DNA of 64,000 nt from Octopus sinensis (lineage: Eukaryota). The stretch covers positions 18,476,001-18,540,000 of the forward strand of contig NC_043015.1 in NCBI RefSeq assembly GCF_006345805.1. Reading direction: 5' to 3'. The position numbers were made by a program, and so were the translations under genes. Shown one piece after another: positions 63,698-64,000 of this stretch (position 1 is its first letter; each line of letters opens with the position of its first letter). A model generated the notes under the pieces. The model was not told the origin of the DNA and made no database searches. It worked only from the letters and a program-made list of their open reading frames with translations.

Positions 63698-63783
63698 AAA
63701 TGTTCACTATAAAATATTTTAGCATTTTCTATTTTTGACTTGTTTTTTCATATATATCAACTCGTGTGTTCCTTTTCACCCTT

Positions 63784-63937
<154 letters not shown>

Positions 63938-64000
63938 TGCATATATAGATGTGTGTCTTTGTGTGCGTGTTTTTATATATCTGTATAACGTTTGTCGTTG

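Larger units (their letters stand above)
60051..63751 (+). mobile_element. Young Penelope-like element: inverted 3' arm + 5'-truncated RT/GIY-YIG ORF + pLTR
   Basis: 60051-61087 is the near-perfect reverse complement of 62711-63751. Both ends abut (TA)n. Confidence 0.95.

Overview
AT-rich, microsatellite-dense eukaryotic DNA. The tRNA-derived SINE families and repeat content look like an octopus/coleoid genome (inference from recalled repeat families, not a database search). I cannot support any intact host gene, rRNA, functional tRNA or CRISPR array, and most of the supplied ORFs are microsatellite artefacts. The window is dominated by transposable elements and their relics: two R4/Dong-type RLE LINE 3' ends, at least six Penelope-like element (PLE) pieces (one young, with ~1 kb inverted arms), a near full-length Tc1, Chapaev3-, hAT-, MULE-, mariner-, Helitron- and RTE-like relics, MITEs and many SINEs. 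The most interesting signals come from the nucleotide sequence rather than the ORF track. (1) Minimal type-I hammerhead ribozyme motifs of at least six unrelated families lie in PLE terminal repeats and short PLE-like elements. One has a compensated U3:A8 core, and one sits downstream of a tRNA-derived Pol III promoter inside a TSD-flanked PLE insertion. (2) A 2 kb ORF1-only (HAL1-like) retroelement splits a SINE in its tRNA head with a 9-bp TSD. (3) One PLE carries a twin-priming-like inversion. Ribozyme activity and novelty are untested.
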